From the NCBI GenBank assembly GCA_963754925.1, contig CAVWHX010000003.1:576001-640000 (forward strand): a stretch of 64,000 nucleotides of DNA. Direction: 5' to 3'. Within the stretch, counting starts at the first letter, position 1; each line of letters begins with the position of its first letter. This document shows positions 30,244 through 40,192 of the stretch, piece after piece. The notes below the pieces were generated by a model that ran no database searches, was not told the DNA's origin, and saw only the letters and a program-made list of their open reading frames with translations. The DNA is from an uncultured delta proteobacterium (lineage in GTDB: Bacteria; Myxococcota; B64-G9). The position numbers were made by a program, and so were the translations under genes.

Positions 30244-31014
30244 ATGAATACGATCGATGCGGTCAAACAGATCCTGCTCCAATACGGAGCGTCCTGGGTA
30301 CTTTGGTTGTTGGGCGCGCTCTCGCTCGTGAGCGTCGCGATCATGGTCGAGCGCTGGCTTTTCTACCGGGCGCGAGGCGGCGACCTACCAGCGCTGGCGC
30401 GCCGGCTGGACGTTCATTTGGCCTCCCGGGACTTCGCAGCGGCGATCACGGAACTCGGCGAGTCGCGATCGGTCGCAGCCGCCATCGCGGCCGCCGGCCT
30501 GCGGCTCGCCGATCGGGGCCCGGGCGCGGCGGACAAGGCGATGCAAAGCGCCGCCGCGCTCGAGCGCGGCCGACTGGAGCGCTGGCTCGCCTACCTGGGC
30601 ACGCTCGGCAACAATGCTCCCTTCATCGGGCTCTTCGGAACCGTCATCGGAGTCATCGGGGCCTTCGAGGAACTCGGACACGGGGCGCCCGGACACGGCG
30701 CCGGCGGTGACGCCGCGGCTGCGGCGCTGGGGGCTTCCCAGGCGGTGATGGCGAGCATCGCGGAGGCGCTCGTCGCCACGGCGGTCGGCATCCTCGTGGC
30801 GCTGCCGGCGGTCGCCGCGTTCAACTACTTCCAACGGCGAATCGCGTCTCTCTTATCGGGGACCGAGGTCCTTTCAAATCTCGTCCTGGCATACCTGTCC
30901 GACAGCGGAGGCGATCCGTCGGGAGGCGGGGGTACGCGAACGCCGCAGCCCTGTTCCGAATCAGAAAGCGCGGGTGCGACGGCTCGTCCGCTGTCAAGCC
31001 CAACGGGAGGGTAA
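30244..31014 (+). CDS. exbB: MotA/TolQ/ExbB proton channel
   Basis: LGTLGNNAPFIGLFGTVIGVI, IAEALVATAVGILVALPA. Confidence 0.92.
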   Translation: MNTIDAVKQILLQYGASWVLWLLGALSLVSVAIMVERWLFYRARGGDLPALARRLDVHLASRDFAAAITELGESRSVAAAIAAAGLRLADRGPGAADKAMQSAAALERGRLERWLAYLGTLGNNAPFIGLFGTVIGVIGAFEELGHGAPGHGAGGDAAAAALGASQAVMASIAEALVATAVGILVALPAVAAFNYFQRRIASLLSGTEVLSNLVLAYLSDSGGDPSGGGGTRTPQPCSESESAGATARPLSSPTGG

Positions 31015-31017
31015 CGA

Positions 31018-31437
31018 ATGGCATCGAGCTCTCAAAATGGAAACGGGATCATAGCGGGCATCAATGTCACGCCTCTCGTCGATATCAGCTTGGTGCTGCT
31101 GATCATCTTCATCGTCACGGCGAAGATCATCGTGACTCCGGCGGTGCCTCTGGATTTACCGCGGGCCAGCCAGAGCGAGGAATTGCAGGTCGTATTCTCG
31201 GTCATTGTACCGGTGAATGGTCCGACTCTCGTAAACGGCGAGCCCGCCATGAACGATGATACGTTGCTTCGGCTCGCCAGGGAGGCGCTGGTCAAGGACC
31301 CCGACGTCCGCGCAGTCATCAACGCCGACGGTTTCGTGCCGCATCGCCGCGTTATCCACACGCTCGATCTGATAAAGACGGCAGGAATCGCACGGGTGGC
31401 CTTCGGCGCGCTCCCACTTGAGGAAGGAGAAAAGTGA
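31018..31437 (+). CDS. exbD: ExbD/TolR
   Basis: INVTPLVDISLVLLIIF, LDLP, INADGFV. Confidence 0.92.
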   Translation: MASSSQNGNGIIAGINVTPLVDISLVLLIIFIVTAKIIVTPAVPLDLPRASQSEELQVVFSVIVPVNGPTLVNGEPAMNDDTLLRLAREALVKDPDVRAVINADGFVPHRRVIHTLDLIKTAGIARVAFGALPLEEGEK

Positions 31438-32276
31438 CGCAATCCCGGCAAAAGGCCCTCCCGTCTCGCCCTCATCCATCCATTGTGGATGTCGTGTTTG
31501 GCGTTCCTAAACCCGAACGTCGTCGGCGTATTCTGATAGCGATTCTAATCGCGGCGGCTGCCCATGCATCGCTCTTGCTCTGGGCTCAGACATCCGAGCA
31601 TTCGCTCGAATCGTGGTCCGCTGAGATCACGGCGCGCGTCCACGCCGAGCTTTCCCGGGACGAGTTCGTCGACCTGGCAAAACCCCCGGCGCCGCCTCCT
31701 GCCGAGGAAAAGCCGAAAGCCGAAGAACCCGTGAAACAACCTGCTCATCCGAAGATTCACCTGGCACGTCGCGCCGAGTCCTCGAAGCCGCCGCCTCCCG
31801 CTCAGGCAGGCTCCATTATTGCCCAGGATCCGAGCCCCAACACACCGGTGGACTTGACCGGCGAGACATTCGTGACCGGCACGGCGAACGCGTACGCGGG
31901 GGGCGTCACCTCCCCGACCGGGACGAACACAGTCGCCGTGATGACACGGGACGTTGATCCCGGCTCGCCGCCGGGCGCTCGCGCCGGAGAACCTGACAAC
32001 GCAAACCCGGTCGCTCTCGAAGACCAGAACTGGTCCTGTCCGTGGCCACGCGAAGCGGACGCCGAGCAGATCGACGAGCAAACCGTGGTGATCCGAGTGG
32101 TCGTACGGGCGGACGGAAGCGTTGAATCAGCGAGCGTCGTCACCGATCCGGGACACGGGTTTTCACAGGCGGCAACCGCCTGCGCGCTGCAAACGCGGTT
32201 CATGCCAGCGCATAATCGAACAGGAGAGCCGATTCGATCCCCGTCTCCTCCCATCAGGGTACGGTTCACGCGATGA
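31434..32276 (+). CDS. tonB: TonB energy transducer
   Basis: N-terminal TM with His (AAAHASLL), Pro-rich linker, C-terminal WPREA..DGSV..RFMPA. Confidence 0.85.
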   Translation: MTQSRQKALPSRPHPSIVDVVFGVPKPERRRRILIAILIAAAAHASLLLWAQTSEHSLESWSAEITARVHAELSRDEFVDLAKPPAPPPAEEKPKAEEPVKQPAHPKIHLARRAESSKPPPPAQAGSIIAQDPSPNTPVDLTGETFVTGTANAYAGGVTSPTGTNTVAVMTRDVDPGSPPGARAGEPDNANPVALEDQNWSCPWPREADAEQIDEQTVVIRVVVRADGSVESASVVTDPGHGFSQAATACALQTRFMPAHNRTGEPIRSPSPPIRVRFTR

Positions 32277-32614
32277 GCGGCCAACGAAAAACAGACCGTC
32301 GCCCGTCGCTTCGATGTGCTTGGGGCCTGCTCTCTATCCTGCTCATCGGATTGATTCCGGGAGCCGTCGGATGCAGAGCTGATCGAGCGACCGCCGAGGA
32401 CTGCAGTCAGGTGCTCGATCGGATTGTCGAGCTGGAGCTGACCGAGAAGGGTTTTCATGACCCAGCGCTGGTTGATCGGAAACGGCAGGAGCTCCGAAGC
32501 CTCCTGCAGCCTGAGCTGAAGCAGTGCCAGGATCAGCGCCTCCAGCCAGGCGCCCTCGCCTGCGTCCGGCAAGCAACCTCCCCTGAGCAAATCAGCCACC
32601 AGTGTCTTCGATAA
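32273..32614 (+). CDS. Small Cys-rich lipoprotein
   Basis: Hydrophobic segment ending AVGC; four further Cys; ATGA overlap with tonB. Confidence 0.6.
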   Translation: MSGQRKTDRRPSLRCAWGLLSILLIGLIPGAVGCRADRATAEDCSQVLDRIVELELTEKGFHDPALVDRKRQELRSLLQPELKQCQDQRLQPGALACVRQATSPEQISHQCLR

Positions 32615-32637
32615 TCATCGCTGCCGGACGACCTTTT

Positions 32638-33582
32638 TCATTCCGGCGATGTTCGATCTATTCTGAAGGCGCGTTCCATGGCATCAAACACCGGGATGAG
32701 TTGGGAGTTCCAGAAGGCCCAGCCGTGCCCTGCCCCTTTCACCATCACCACCTGTTGATGGTGATGAAACGTTATCAGGTAGCGTTTCATGGCCTGAAGC
32801 TGCGTTCCTGGAACAATGGGGTCGTTGTCGCCGTGGGCAAGATAGAGATACACCGACTTCAATGTTTGCGCATACGATGCGTTGAGGCAATCTTCGGAAC
32901 GCCAGCGGTCGCGAAAGCGACTGCGATCGCCAAAGACTGAACGGTGGATCCGGTACTCGCCCTGATCCTCACCGAGCAAACTGAGATCGTATGTTCCCGA
33001 GAGACTCGCGCAAAAACCAAACTCTGCAAAGCGCTCACTCAGGACGATCGCTCCGCGACCGCCGGTTGAGACGCCAATCACCGCGGTGAGCCGCCGTTTT
33101 GGGCTTACCGCAAAGTGATCGCGCATATAGGGAAGGACTACCGATGCAATCCAGAGGGCACCGGGCATTTGGTTCCATTTCGCAGTGGTTTCCCGATAAA
33201 AGCTCGCCTCGTAGACAGAGGTTCCCATTGCCGGCAAAGCCAAGACGACACAATGGTTATCCGCCAATGCTGCCACATCGGTCTGTTCGCGCCAGTCCTC
33301 GGGCCGTTGCGACCACCCATGCAGAACAATAGCCAACGGCAACAACCCATCCCGTTGATAACAGGCCGGAAGATATACCAGCAATCGGCCTTTCACCTCG
33401 ACTGGCTGCCCGTTATCACCACGGTAGGACGAGGTGAGTTGAACGTTGTCGATCCACGTTCCCTTGGCGGCTGCTGGTTGCTCGCGTTCAACCGCCCGAG
33501 TGCGTTGTGGTGCAACCATCCCGGGAGCAGTCTCCCCGAGCATCAGCAGTGTCAGAAGCAACGTGACATCGAGAGCACCCAT
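32638..33582 (-). CDS. Alpha/beta-hydrolase, putative exported esterase
   Basis: VYLP, VLHG, GVSTGG nucleophile elbow, HGDNDPIVP, GAGHGWAFW. Confidence 0.85.
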   Translation of the reverse strand: MGALDVTLLLTLLMLGETAPGMVAPQRTRAVEREQPAAAKGTWIDNVQLTSSYRGDNGQPVEVKGRLLVYLPACYQRDGLLPLAIVLHGWSQRPEDWREQTDVAALADNHCVVLALPAMGTSVYEASFYRETTAKWNQMPGALWIASVVLPYMRDHFAVSPKRRLTAVIGVSTGGRGAIVLSERFAEFGFCASLSGTYDLSLLGEDQGEYRIHRSVFGDRSRFRDRWRSEDCLNASYAQTLKSVYLYLAHGDNDPIVPGTQLQAMKRYLITFHHHQQVVMVKGAGHGWAFWNSQLIPVFDAMERAFRIDRTSPE

Positions 33583-33680
33583 TCCCGGTCTATACCACAA
33601 CGGGGTATTCTTCACCCAATAGCGGCACCTTTTGCTTTTATGACCGTTGTCGGGATACAATACGGTTAACAAAGGAAACG

Positions 33681-34529
33681 GTGACAACCGACATGTCCAC
33701 CTACGTGCTGCGCATAGATTGCAGTGATCGAAAAGGGTTAGTACATAGCGTTACGGGGGTGCTGGTTAAGTATGGGTTTAATATTACCAGCAACGGGGAG
33801 TTTGTTGATAACGAGCGAGGCCATTTCTTCATGAGGACCGAGTTTGTCGGTGAACCCGTGAAGGATGAACTAACTGCAGAACTGCGGATGCAGCTTCCTG
33901 AAGACGCCTCGGTTGATTTGATCGAAACGCGAAAGAAGGACATCGTCATTTTTGTCAGCACCGAACCGCATTGTCTCGGGGATTTATTGATACGTCACGC
34001 GTATGACGAGATCAATGCCAGGATCAGAGCGGTTGTCAGCAATCATGAACGACTTCAAGCGTTAGTGGAAGGATTCCAGCTCCCCTTTCATTATGTATCT
34101 CATGAGGGAGCTACCCGGCAACAGCATGAGCGCGCGATACGAGAAATAAACGACGGGTACCGTCCGGACTACCTCATCCTCGCGCGATACATGCGAATAT
34201 TCACCCCGGAGTTTATTTCCGCCTACCATAATCGGATCGTCAATATACATCACTCCTTCCTGCCGGCCTTCATAGGAGCCAATCCCTACCGACAAGCGTA
34301 CGAACGAGGAGTCAAAATTATCGGGGCCACGGCGCACTTTGTTACCAATGATCTGGACGAGGGACCAATTATTACTCAGGATGTCACCCAAGTGGATCAC
34401 ACCTACGGACCTCATGAAATGCAGCAAGCAGGCAGGGATGTCGAGAAGGTTGTTCTTGCCAAAGCGCTCAAGCTGATCTTCGAAGACCGGGTCTTTATCA
34501 ATAGAAATAAGACGATTATCTTCGAGTGA
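33681..34529 (+). CDS. purU: Formyltetrahydrofolate deformylase
   Basis: ACT domain CSDRKGLV, HCLGDLL, LARYMRI, NIHHSFLPAFIGANPY, DLDEGPII. Confidence 0.96.
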   Translation: MTTDMSTYVLRIDCSDRKGLVHSVTGVLVKYGFNITSNGEFVDNERGHFFMRTEFVGEPVKDELTAELRMQLPEDASVDLIETRKKDIVIFVSTEPHCLGDLLIRHAYDEINARIRAVVSNHERLQALVEGFQLPFHYVSHEGATRQQHERAIREINDGYRPDYLILARYMRIFTPEFISAYHNRIVNIHHSFLPAFIGANPYRQAYERGVKIIGATAHFVTNDLDEGPIITQDVTQVDHTYGPHEMQQAGRDVEKVVLAKALKLIFEDRVFINRNKTIIFE

Positions 34530-34539
34530 AAGGTACGCG

Positions 34540-34680
34540 CCTCACCCGGCGGGAAGCCACCCTCTCCCAACCTGGGGAAAGGGTAAGAGGTTCCTTCTCC
34601 CGCGGGCGCTAGAGATTCTAGCGAGCGAAGCGAGGCGTAGAATCTCTTGTCCTGTGGGGGGAGAAGGTTGGGTTGAGGGT
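34540..34680. repeat. CCTCTCCC/GGGAGAGG-type REP with a GGATAAGAG-family unit in its loop
   Basis: CCTTCTCCC (34593-34601) and GGGAGAAGG (34659-34667) flank, on the minus strand, GGACAAGAGATTCTA-cgcctcgcttcgctcgc-TAGAATCTCTAGC (34652-34608). Confidence 0.75.
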
Positions 34681-34684
34681 GGTC

Positions 34685-36016
34685 TCAGGGTTGACCGTGC
34701 GGGGACGGCGACTTTGGCCCAACGCTATGGTTATGGTAGTTCGATCGTCTCCCGGTGCCATGCCAGGAGCGATGTCGTCGATGGTTGCGCCGGTCTCCCG
34801 ATCGGGCAGCTTCGGGATGGTACGATCTGAAGGTCTTCTCCGGTCCGCCCTGATCCACGTGGGGGTTCGTTACGAAGGGATGTGGCGAACGGAAGGGATG
34901 GTCGGTCTTGGCTGCGAGAGTCTTCCTGGTCAGACGTTCGATGGCTTTGAGAATCGGGCGCTCATCCAAACTGCAGAAAGAGATAGCCGTGCCAGCGGCC
35001 CCGGCCCGGCCGGTTCGCCCGATCCGGTGGACGTAGGATTCCGGTTCACGAGGAAGATCGAAGTTGATGACATGACTGATGTCGTCGATGTCCAGGCCGC
35101 GCGAGGCGATATCGGTGGCCACCAGCAATTGGGATGAACCTTTCTTGAAAGCATTCAGGGCGCGCTCACGGTTGTTCTGCGACTTGTTGCCGTGAATGGC
35201 CGCCGCCCGAATGGAGGCGCGCATGAGATGACGAGTAACCGTATCCGCGCCGTGCTTCGTTCTGGTGAAGACCAAGGCACGGGATATCGCCGTTTGTTCG
35301 ACCAGGCGGACGAGCAGCGCCATTTTATCTTGTTTTTCGACAAAGTAAACCGACTGGTCGATTGTCTCTACCGTTGATGCCGATGGAGTTACCGAGACCG
35401 ATACCGGTTGGTCTAGTATCCCACTTGAAAGCTGACAGATTTCCGGCGGCAGGGTGGCCGAGAACAGGAGGGTCTGGCGCTTCCGCGGTAGCTGCGCGAC
35501 GATCTTCCGGATGTCATGAATAAATCCCATATCGAGCATTCGATCGGCTTCGTCCAAGACAAGGACCTCGACCGTCTTCAGTCTCACGGCGCCTTGGTTC
35601 ATCAAATCAAGCAACCGCCCGGGGGTGGCCACAAGGATGTCCACACCCTGAGCCAAGGCGCGAACCTGCGGGTTTTGTCCCACCCCTCCAAAAATGACCG
35701 TCGTCCTAAGCCCCGTATGAGCGCCATAGGTTTTGAAACTCTCTCCAATCTGCGAGGCCAATTCTCGGGTGGGCGTGATTACCAACGCCTGTATCGAACG
35801 CGTCCCTTTTTGCCGCCCGTTGTTAAGCAAACGCTGAAGGATGGGCAGCGCGAAGGCTGCCGTTTTTCCAGTGCCGGTTTGAGCGCATCCTAATAAATCC
35901 TGACCTGCCAGCACGTGGGGGATAGCCCGTTGTTGAATAAGGGTGGGGGTTTGGTAGCCCTGTTCTCGGACAGCAGCGATAAGCCCCGGAATAAGATTCA
36001 AATCTTCAAAACGCAT
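34685..36016 (-). CDS. rhlE: DEAD-box RNA helicase, RhlE-like
   Basis: [44 protein letters not shown]. Confidence 0.93.
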   Translation of the reverse strand: MRFEDLNLIPGLIAAVREQGYQTPTLIQQRAIPHVLAGQDLLGCAQTGTGKTAAFALPILQRLLNNGRQKGTRSIQALVITPTRELASQIGESFKTYGAHTGLRTTVIFGGVGQNPQVRALAQGVDILVATPGRLLDLMNQGAVRLKTVEVLVLDEADRMLDMGFIHDIRKIVAQLPRKRQTLLFSATLPPEICQLSSGILDQPVSVSVTPSASTVETIDQSVYFVEKQDKMALLVRLVEQTAISRALVFTRTKHGADTVTRHLMRASIRAAAIHGNKSQNNRERALNAFKKGSSQLLVATDIASRGLDIDDISHVINFDLPREPESYVHRIGRTGRAGAAGTAISFCSLDERPILKAIERLTRKTLAAKTDHPFRSPHPFVTNPHVDQGGPEKTFRSYHPEAARSGDRRNHRRHRSWHGTGRRSNYHNHSVGPKSPSPHGQP

Positions 36017-36252
36017 ACGTACCTATCTCTCCCTGGTTCGTCCAGGGTCAACGGCAAACGCGGCCTGCATCGAGCAATATCTGGGAACTTTTTTGGTAGG
36101 CCCAGGGCGTGCGTCAAACACGGAATCGCTGAAGGTGCGCCCGCAACAACTATCGATGCCCCTTTTACGTTAGATAAGAGAGAATGTCAATTAGTATTTA
36201 TTCAAAACGATTGCACCAGTGGATCATGGCGATCTGCTAGCATGGAAACATC

Positions 36253-36388
36253 TACATATTTGTATTTTCTTCACATGTTAATTACATATTTGTATTTTGG
36301 GATTCACGCGGCTTTTTTACTTTTATTGGCAATATATGTTGGCAATTGAGGACATTATTAAAATATGCTGTTTCGGCATGTCATTTGC
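36253..36388 (+). promoter_or_regulatory. sigma54 promoter with paired upstream TACA-N4-TGTA sites
   Basis: TACATATTTGTA at 36253 and 36283; CGGCATGTCATTTGC at 36374-36388. Confidence 0.75.
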
Positions 36389-36586
36389 TTGCAGTTTTTA
36401 TTCTATGGATGGTTTTTAATAGTTTTATCGTTGGTACCTAATAATTAGGACGAAAACTCTTTACTAATAGGCGGCTATTAACATATACAAGAATTCTATT
36501 ATTTCTTTACGGTTGGAAAATATAGCTTTATTTTCGCAAAGGCAACGACATCGGATTTCTGACGAGGATAACGAAGGAGGTTGATT

Positions 36587-37810
36587 ATGGCTTTCATCGG
36601 CGAGGATTTGTTCCATTTCCAGGCTTCTCTCATTCAATCAGGCTCCACGTTTGAGGATTTTGTCCGGGATAATTATGTCAATAAATGGATGGGGGATAAT
36701 CTCTTTGCCGCCATGGCGATCCGGACAACCTTTGTGGTGGCGTTGCACAATTTCTTGGCCGACGAGGGGTTGCTCAACCTGGAAAGAATTCAAATCAGCC
36801 CAATAACGGACCCGCTGGCCCATGACGTCGAGCATGTGCCCACGGTTCATTACAAGGGCATGCCCTACGTAACCACACACTCGATGATTTATCATAAGTT
36901 TTTGGCCTGCTTCAACCCCCGCGTCAAAGGCATCTTCGTGGATTCTCCGAACATTCGACTCGAAATCGAAAGTCCGCAGAGAAAACAGCGCGGCAAATAC
37001 TTGATCGATTTCTCGCAAATCGATGTCGAGTTGCGGCGTAACCGAAACGTCGGCTTCGAAGAGTATAAGAATAACGTCGAAAAAGTGCGGGGAATTCTCA
37101 GGGAGGACATGGAGAAGGCTATCGACTTTTTCGAACGTATGCTCATTGCCGGAGTGAGCGCCGTGATCGAGAAAAACGATACGGAGCTCAAAGCACTGGG
37201 GGTTGTCCTGGAGCTGCCGAAGCAGCCGCTTCCCCGCGTGCGTCATGATGAGATGCTTAAGAAACACGGCAAGGCGAACCTGGACGCAAAGGCAGGTGAA
37301 GAGGCACCCGGGCAATTTTTCTGGATCACGGGTCTGATGCGAGAGAACTATGATCTGATCTACCCGTATATCCGGCCCGACGGGAGCAAGATACCGCTGT
37401 CGACCTTCACCTCGGACATGGTTTTCAACTATGATATATGCGCCAAGACCAAGGTGCGGTCGACCGGAAAGTACTCGCCGGCGCTTGAGATTATGTCAGG
37501 CGCGGTGCGTGAATGGCTGTACGAGCCGATCATCGAACGGCTGATAGACAACCGCGTGCTGGTCGAGCGACCGGTGTTCAAAGACGGCAATGTTTTAAAT
37601 ATCGAAGTGCTTGGCAGCTATGGGCCGTTTCTGACGACAGTGGCCATGAAAGACGCCAAGGGAAAACCAATCTTCCCCGAAACCATGGGCGGGGGTATTG
37701 GTATCGAACGATTCTTATATGCAATTCTAAGGAGCAGCGGAATCGATAAAATCGACGACGTAACGTGCTTCGGTAAGAACCCCGACTCGTATCCAATTTT
37801 TCTGTTCTAA
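36587..37810 (+). CDS. Archaeal-type (AsnRS-like, anticodon-less) asparagine synthetase
   Basis: ISPITDPL, THSMIYHK, SPNIRLE, FSQIDVE, EIMSGAVRE and GGGIGIERF match class IIb aaRS catalytic-core paralogues; no anticodon-binding domain. Confidence 0.8.
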   Translation: MAFIGEDLFHFQASLIQSGSTFEDFVRDNYVNKWMGDNLFAAMAIRTTFVVALHNFLADEGLLNLERIQISPITDPLAHDVEHVPTVHYKGMPYVTTHSMIYHKFLACFNPRVKGIFVDSPNIRLEIESPQRKQRGKYLIDFSQIDVELRRNRNVGFEEYKNNVEKVRGILREDMEKAIDFFERMLIAGVSAVIEKNDTELKALGVVLELPKQPLPRVRHDEMLKKHGKANLDAKAGEEAPGQFFWITGLMRENYDLIYPYIRPDGSKIPLSTFTSDMVFNYDICAKTKVRSTGKYSPALEIMSGAVREWLYEPIIERLIDNRVLVERPVFKDGNVLNIEVLGSYGPFLTTVAMKDAKGKPIFPETMGGGIGIERFLYAILRSSGIDKIDDVTCFGKNPDSYPIFLF

Positions 37811-37945
37811 TAACCGATATCATCGATCACTTTTTGACGAGGTATTGGCGCTACGCGCGGGATGCGCACCTACCAGGCTTTACCTGACACATTCGTAATA
37901 AGTATTCGACAACTCATGGGTTTTATTGAATACTTTTCTATTAAT

Positions 37946-38081
37946 TACAATATTGTATTTTAATACTGAATTAAATACAGTATTGTATGTACAACGTTGT
38001 TAAGATCGTACTCAATAATCATCAATTTATGTAACCAGTCAAGTAAGTTATGATTGAATATCGAATTGGCATGGCGCTTGC
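37946..38081 (+). promoter_or_regulatory. sigma54 promoter with paired TACA-N4-TGTA sites (amtB1-glnK1)
   Basis: TACAATATTGTA at 37946, TACAGTATTGTA at 37976; TGGCATGGCGCTTGC at 38067-38081. Confidence 0.85.
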
Positions 38082-38138
38082 TATCTCCCGCAGGGGAAAG
38101 TGTATATTTTATGATCATTGGAAGAAAGGAGTGTGTGG

Positions 38139-39530
38139 ATGTCTACCGTTCGAGGGATATCGAGAAATGGTTACGCTATTACGATAATTCTATTGCTAAG
38201 CGCGCTTTTCGTTTGTAGCCCAATCACCGGCGCTTTCGCCCAAACGGCCACGCCTGCAGCTCAATCTTCCAGCCAAGTTGCTGGCGCCGCCGCTACATCA
38301 GGCTCAAACAGCGGAGACACCGCTTGGGTGCTTATTTCCGCGGCCTTGGTGATGCTGATGACGCCGGGTTTGGCCTTCTTTTATGGTGGATTAGTCAGGC
38401 GCAAGAATATCCTGGGTGTCTTGATGCAGTGTTTTATTTTGTTATCGGCGCTCAGCATCCAGTGGGTGCTATTCGGCTATAGCCTGGCTTTTTCGCCCGG
38501 TAACGCGTTCATCGGATCCCTGAAGTGGTTTGGTCTGGCCGGCGTCGGACCAGAACCGTATGCGGCCTATTCCTCAACCATCCCTCACCAAGCGTTTATC
38601 ATTTTCCAAGCCATGTTTGCCGTCATTACGCCGGCCTTGATAATCGGAGCGTTCGCCGAGAGGATGAAGTTTTCCGCATTTTTTCTTTTCTCTCTCCTCT
38701 GGGCGACCTTCGTCTATGACCCAATCGCCCATTGGGTGTGGGGCGAAGGCGGATGGTTAAAGGAGCTCGGTGTGATGGATTTCGCCGGCGGCATTGTCGT
38801 TCATATCAATGCCGGTATTGCCGCACTGGTGACCGCGATCATCATTGGCAAGAGAAACGGTTACATCAGACAGCCGCCCCCACCGCATAACCTACCCTTG
38901 AGCGTTTTGGGCGCCGCCATGCTATGGTTTGGTTGGTTCGGCTTCAATGCGGGAAGCGCGCTCGGCGCAAACGCAATTGCCGCCAACGCGTTTCTCGTGA
39001 CGAACACGTCTGGGGCCGCGGCCGCCTTAAGCTGGGCCTTTCTCGATTGGAAGTTCAACGGCAACCCCACCATCCTTGGCACCATCACCGGAGCGGTGGC
39101 CGGCTTAGCGGCTGTTACACCGGCGGCGGGTTTTATCGGTATTCTTGGCGCAATCGTAATCGGGGTATTCTCAAGCGCCTTTTGTTTTGTCGCCGTGGGA
39201 TTTTTGAAGCATAAATTTAGCTACGATGATTCGCTGGATGCGTTTGGCGTTCACGGCATCGGCGGAATTTGGGGAACGCTGGCCACCGGACTTTTCGCGA
39301 CAAAAGCGATCAATGCCGCGGGCTCGGACGGGTTGCTGTACGGAAATTACAAACAATTTTTGCTCCAGCTGGGCGCAACCGCAGTCACCGTGGCGTATGC
39401 GTTTATTGTTTCCTGGATCATATACAAAGCCGTCGACCTGGTCGTCGGAGTGCGGGTTACCGAAAAGGACGAGGCGATGGGAATCGATCTAACGCAACAC
39501 AACGAACGCGCGTATACCATGCTGGAATAG
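38139..39530 (+). CDS. amtB: Ammonium transporter (copy 1)
   Basis: MTPGLAFFYGG, FQAMFA, DFAGG..VH, WFGWFGFNAGS, DDSLDAFGVHG. Confidence 0.97.
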   Translation: MSTVRGISRNGYAITIILLLSALFVCSPITGAFAQTATPAAQSSSQVAGAAATSGSNSGDTAWVLISAALVMLMTPGLAFFYGGLVRRKNILGVLMQCFILLSALSIQWVLFGYSLAFSPGNAFIGSLKWFGLAGVGPEPYAAYSSTIPHQAFIIFQAMFAVITPALIIGAFAERMKFSAFFLFSLLWATFVYDPIAHWVWGEGGWLKELGVMDFAGGIVVHINAGIAALVTAIIIGKRNGYIRQPPPPHNLPLSVLGAAMLWFGWFGFNAGSALGANAIAANAFLVTNTSGAAAALSWAFLDWKFNGNPTILGTITGAVAGLAAVTPAAGFIGILGAIVIGVFSSAFCFVAVGFLKHKFSYDDSLDAFGVHGIGGIWGTLATGLFATKAINAAGSDGLLYGNYKQFLLQLGATAVTVAYAFIVSWIIYKAVDLVVGVRVTEKDEAMGIDLTQHNERAYTMLE

Positions 39531-39545
39531 CAAAGGAGATTGAAC

Positions 39546-39887
39546 ATGAAGCTGATAATCGCCATCATCCAACCGTATCGATTGGACCAAGTCAAAGAAC
39601 AACTCTATAAAGCCGATGTTAATCTCATCACCGTCAGTGAAGTTTTGGGTCACGGCCGACAAAAAGGGGTCACCGAGGTTTATCGTGGATTCAAAGAGAC
39701 CGGCAACTTGATACGAAAGGTTCGGCTAGAGATAGCCGTCAACGACAATTTTGTTGAGCAGACGATTCAAGCCATCAGAAAAGGAGCGCAGACCGGAGAG
39801 ATGGGTGATGGAAAGATATTCATCTTGCCGCTGGAGGAATGCTACCGGATACGAACGGGCGAACGAGGTAACGAAGCCATCGGATGA
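39546..39887 (+). CDS. glnK: PII nitrogen regulator (copy 1)
   Basis: MKLIIAII, GHGRQKG..YRG, TGEMGDGKIF, RIRTGERG. Confidence 0.95.
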   Translation: MKLIIAIIQPYRLDQVKEQLYKADVNLITVSEVLGHGRQKGVTEVYRGFKETGNLIRKVRLEIAVNDNFVEQTIQAIRKGAQTGEMGDGKIFILPLEECYRIRTGERGNEAIG

Positions 39888-40000
39888 AAAACATCGGCTA
39901 GTTCCTACCTAAGTTTTTATGTTAATAATTAAGCTTTTCTGCAGGTATGTCAGTTCCCATTTTTCACGCTGCGCTCATGGGCCGCGTCGGTGTTAAAATA

Positions 40001-40135
40001 TACAATATTGTAATTAATAGCAATTATTGATACAATATTGTATACACTAGTTTATAGGATTTCAGCCGCAATTGGGATTATTATCCTAATAATACAATAG
40101 CATACTATTTGTTATCGCTTTGGCATGTCGTTTGC
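40001..40135 (+). promoter_or_regulatory. sigma54 promoter with paired TACA-N4-TGTA sites (amtB2-glnK2-porin)
   Basis: TACAATATTGTA at 40001 and 40031; TGGCATGTCGTTTGC at 40121-40135. Confidence 0.85.
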
Positions 40136-40192
40136 GTATTTCGTAGCGTCATGAAAATCATACCCGGCCATATAAGAGAGAGGAGTGATACC

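Noticed and set aside
36587..37810. Functional Asn/Asp-tRNA ligase
   Set aside because: No N-terminal OB-fold anticodon-binding domain.
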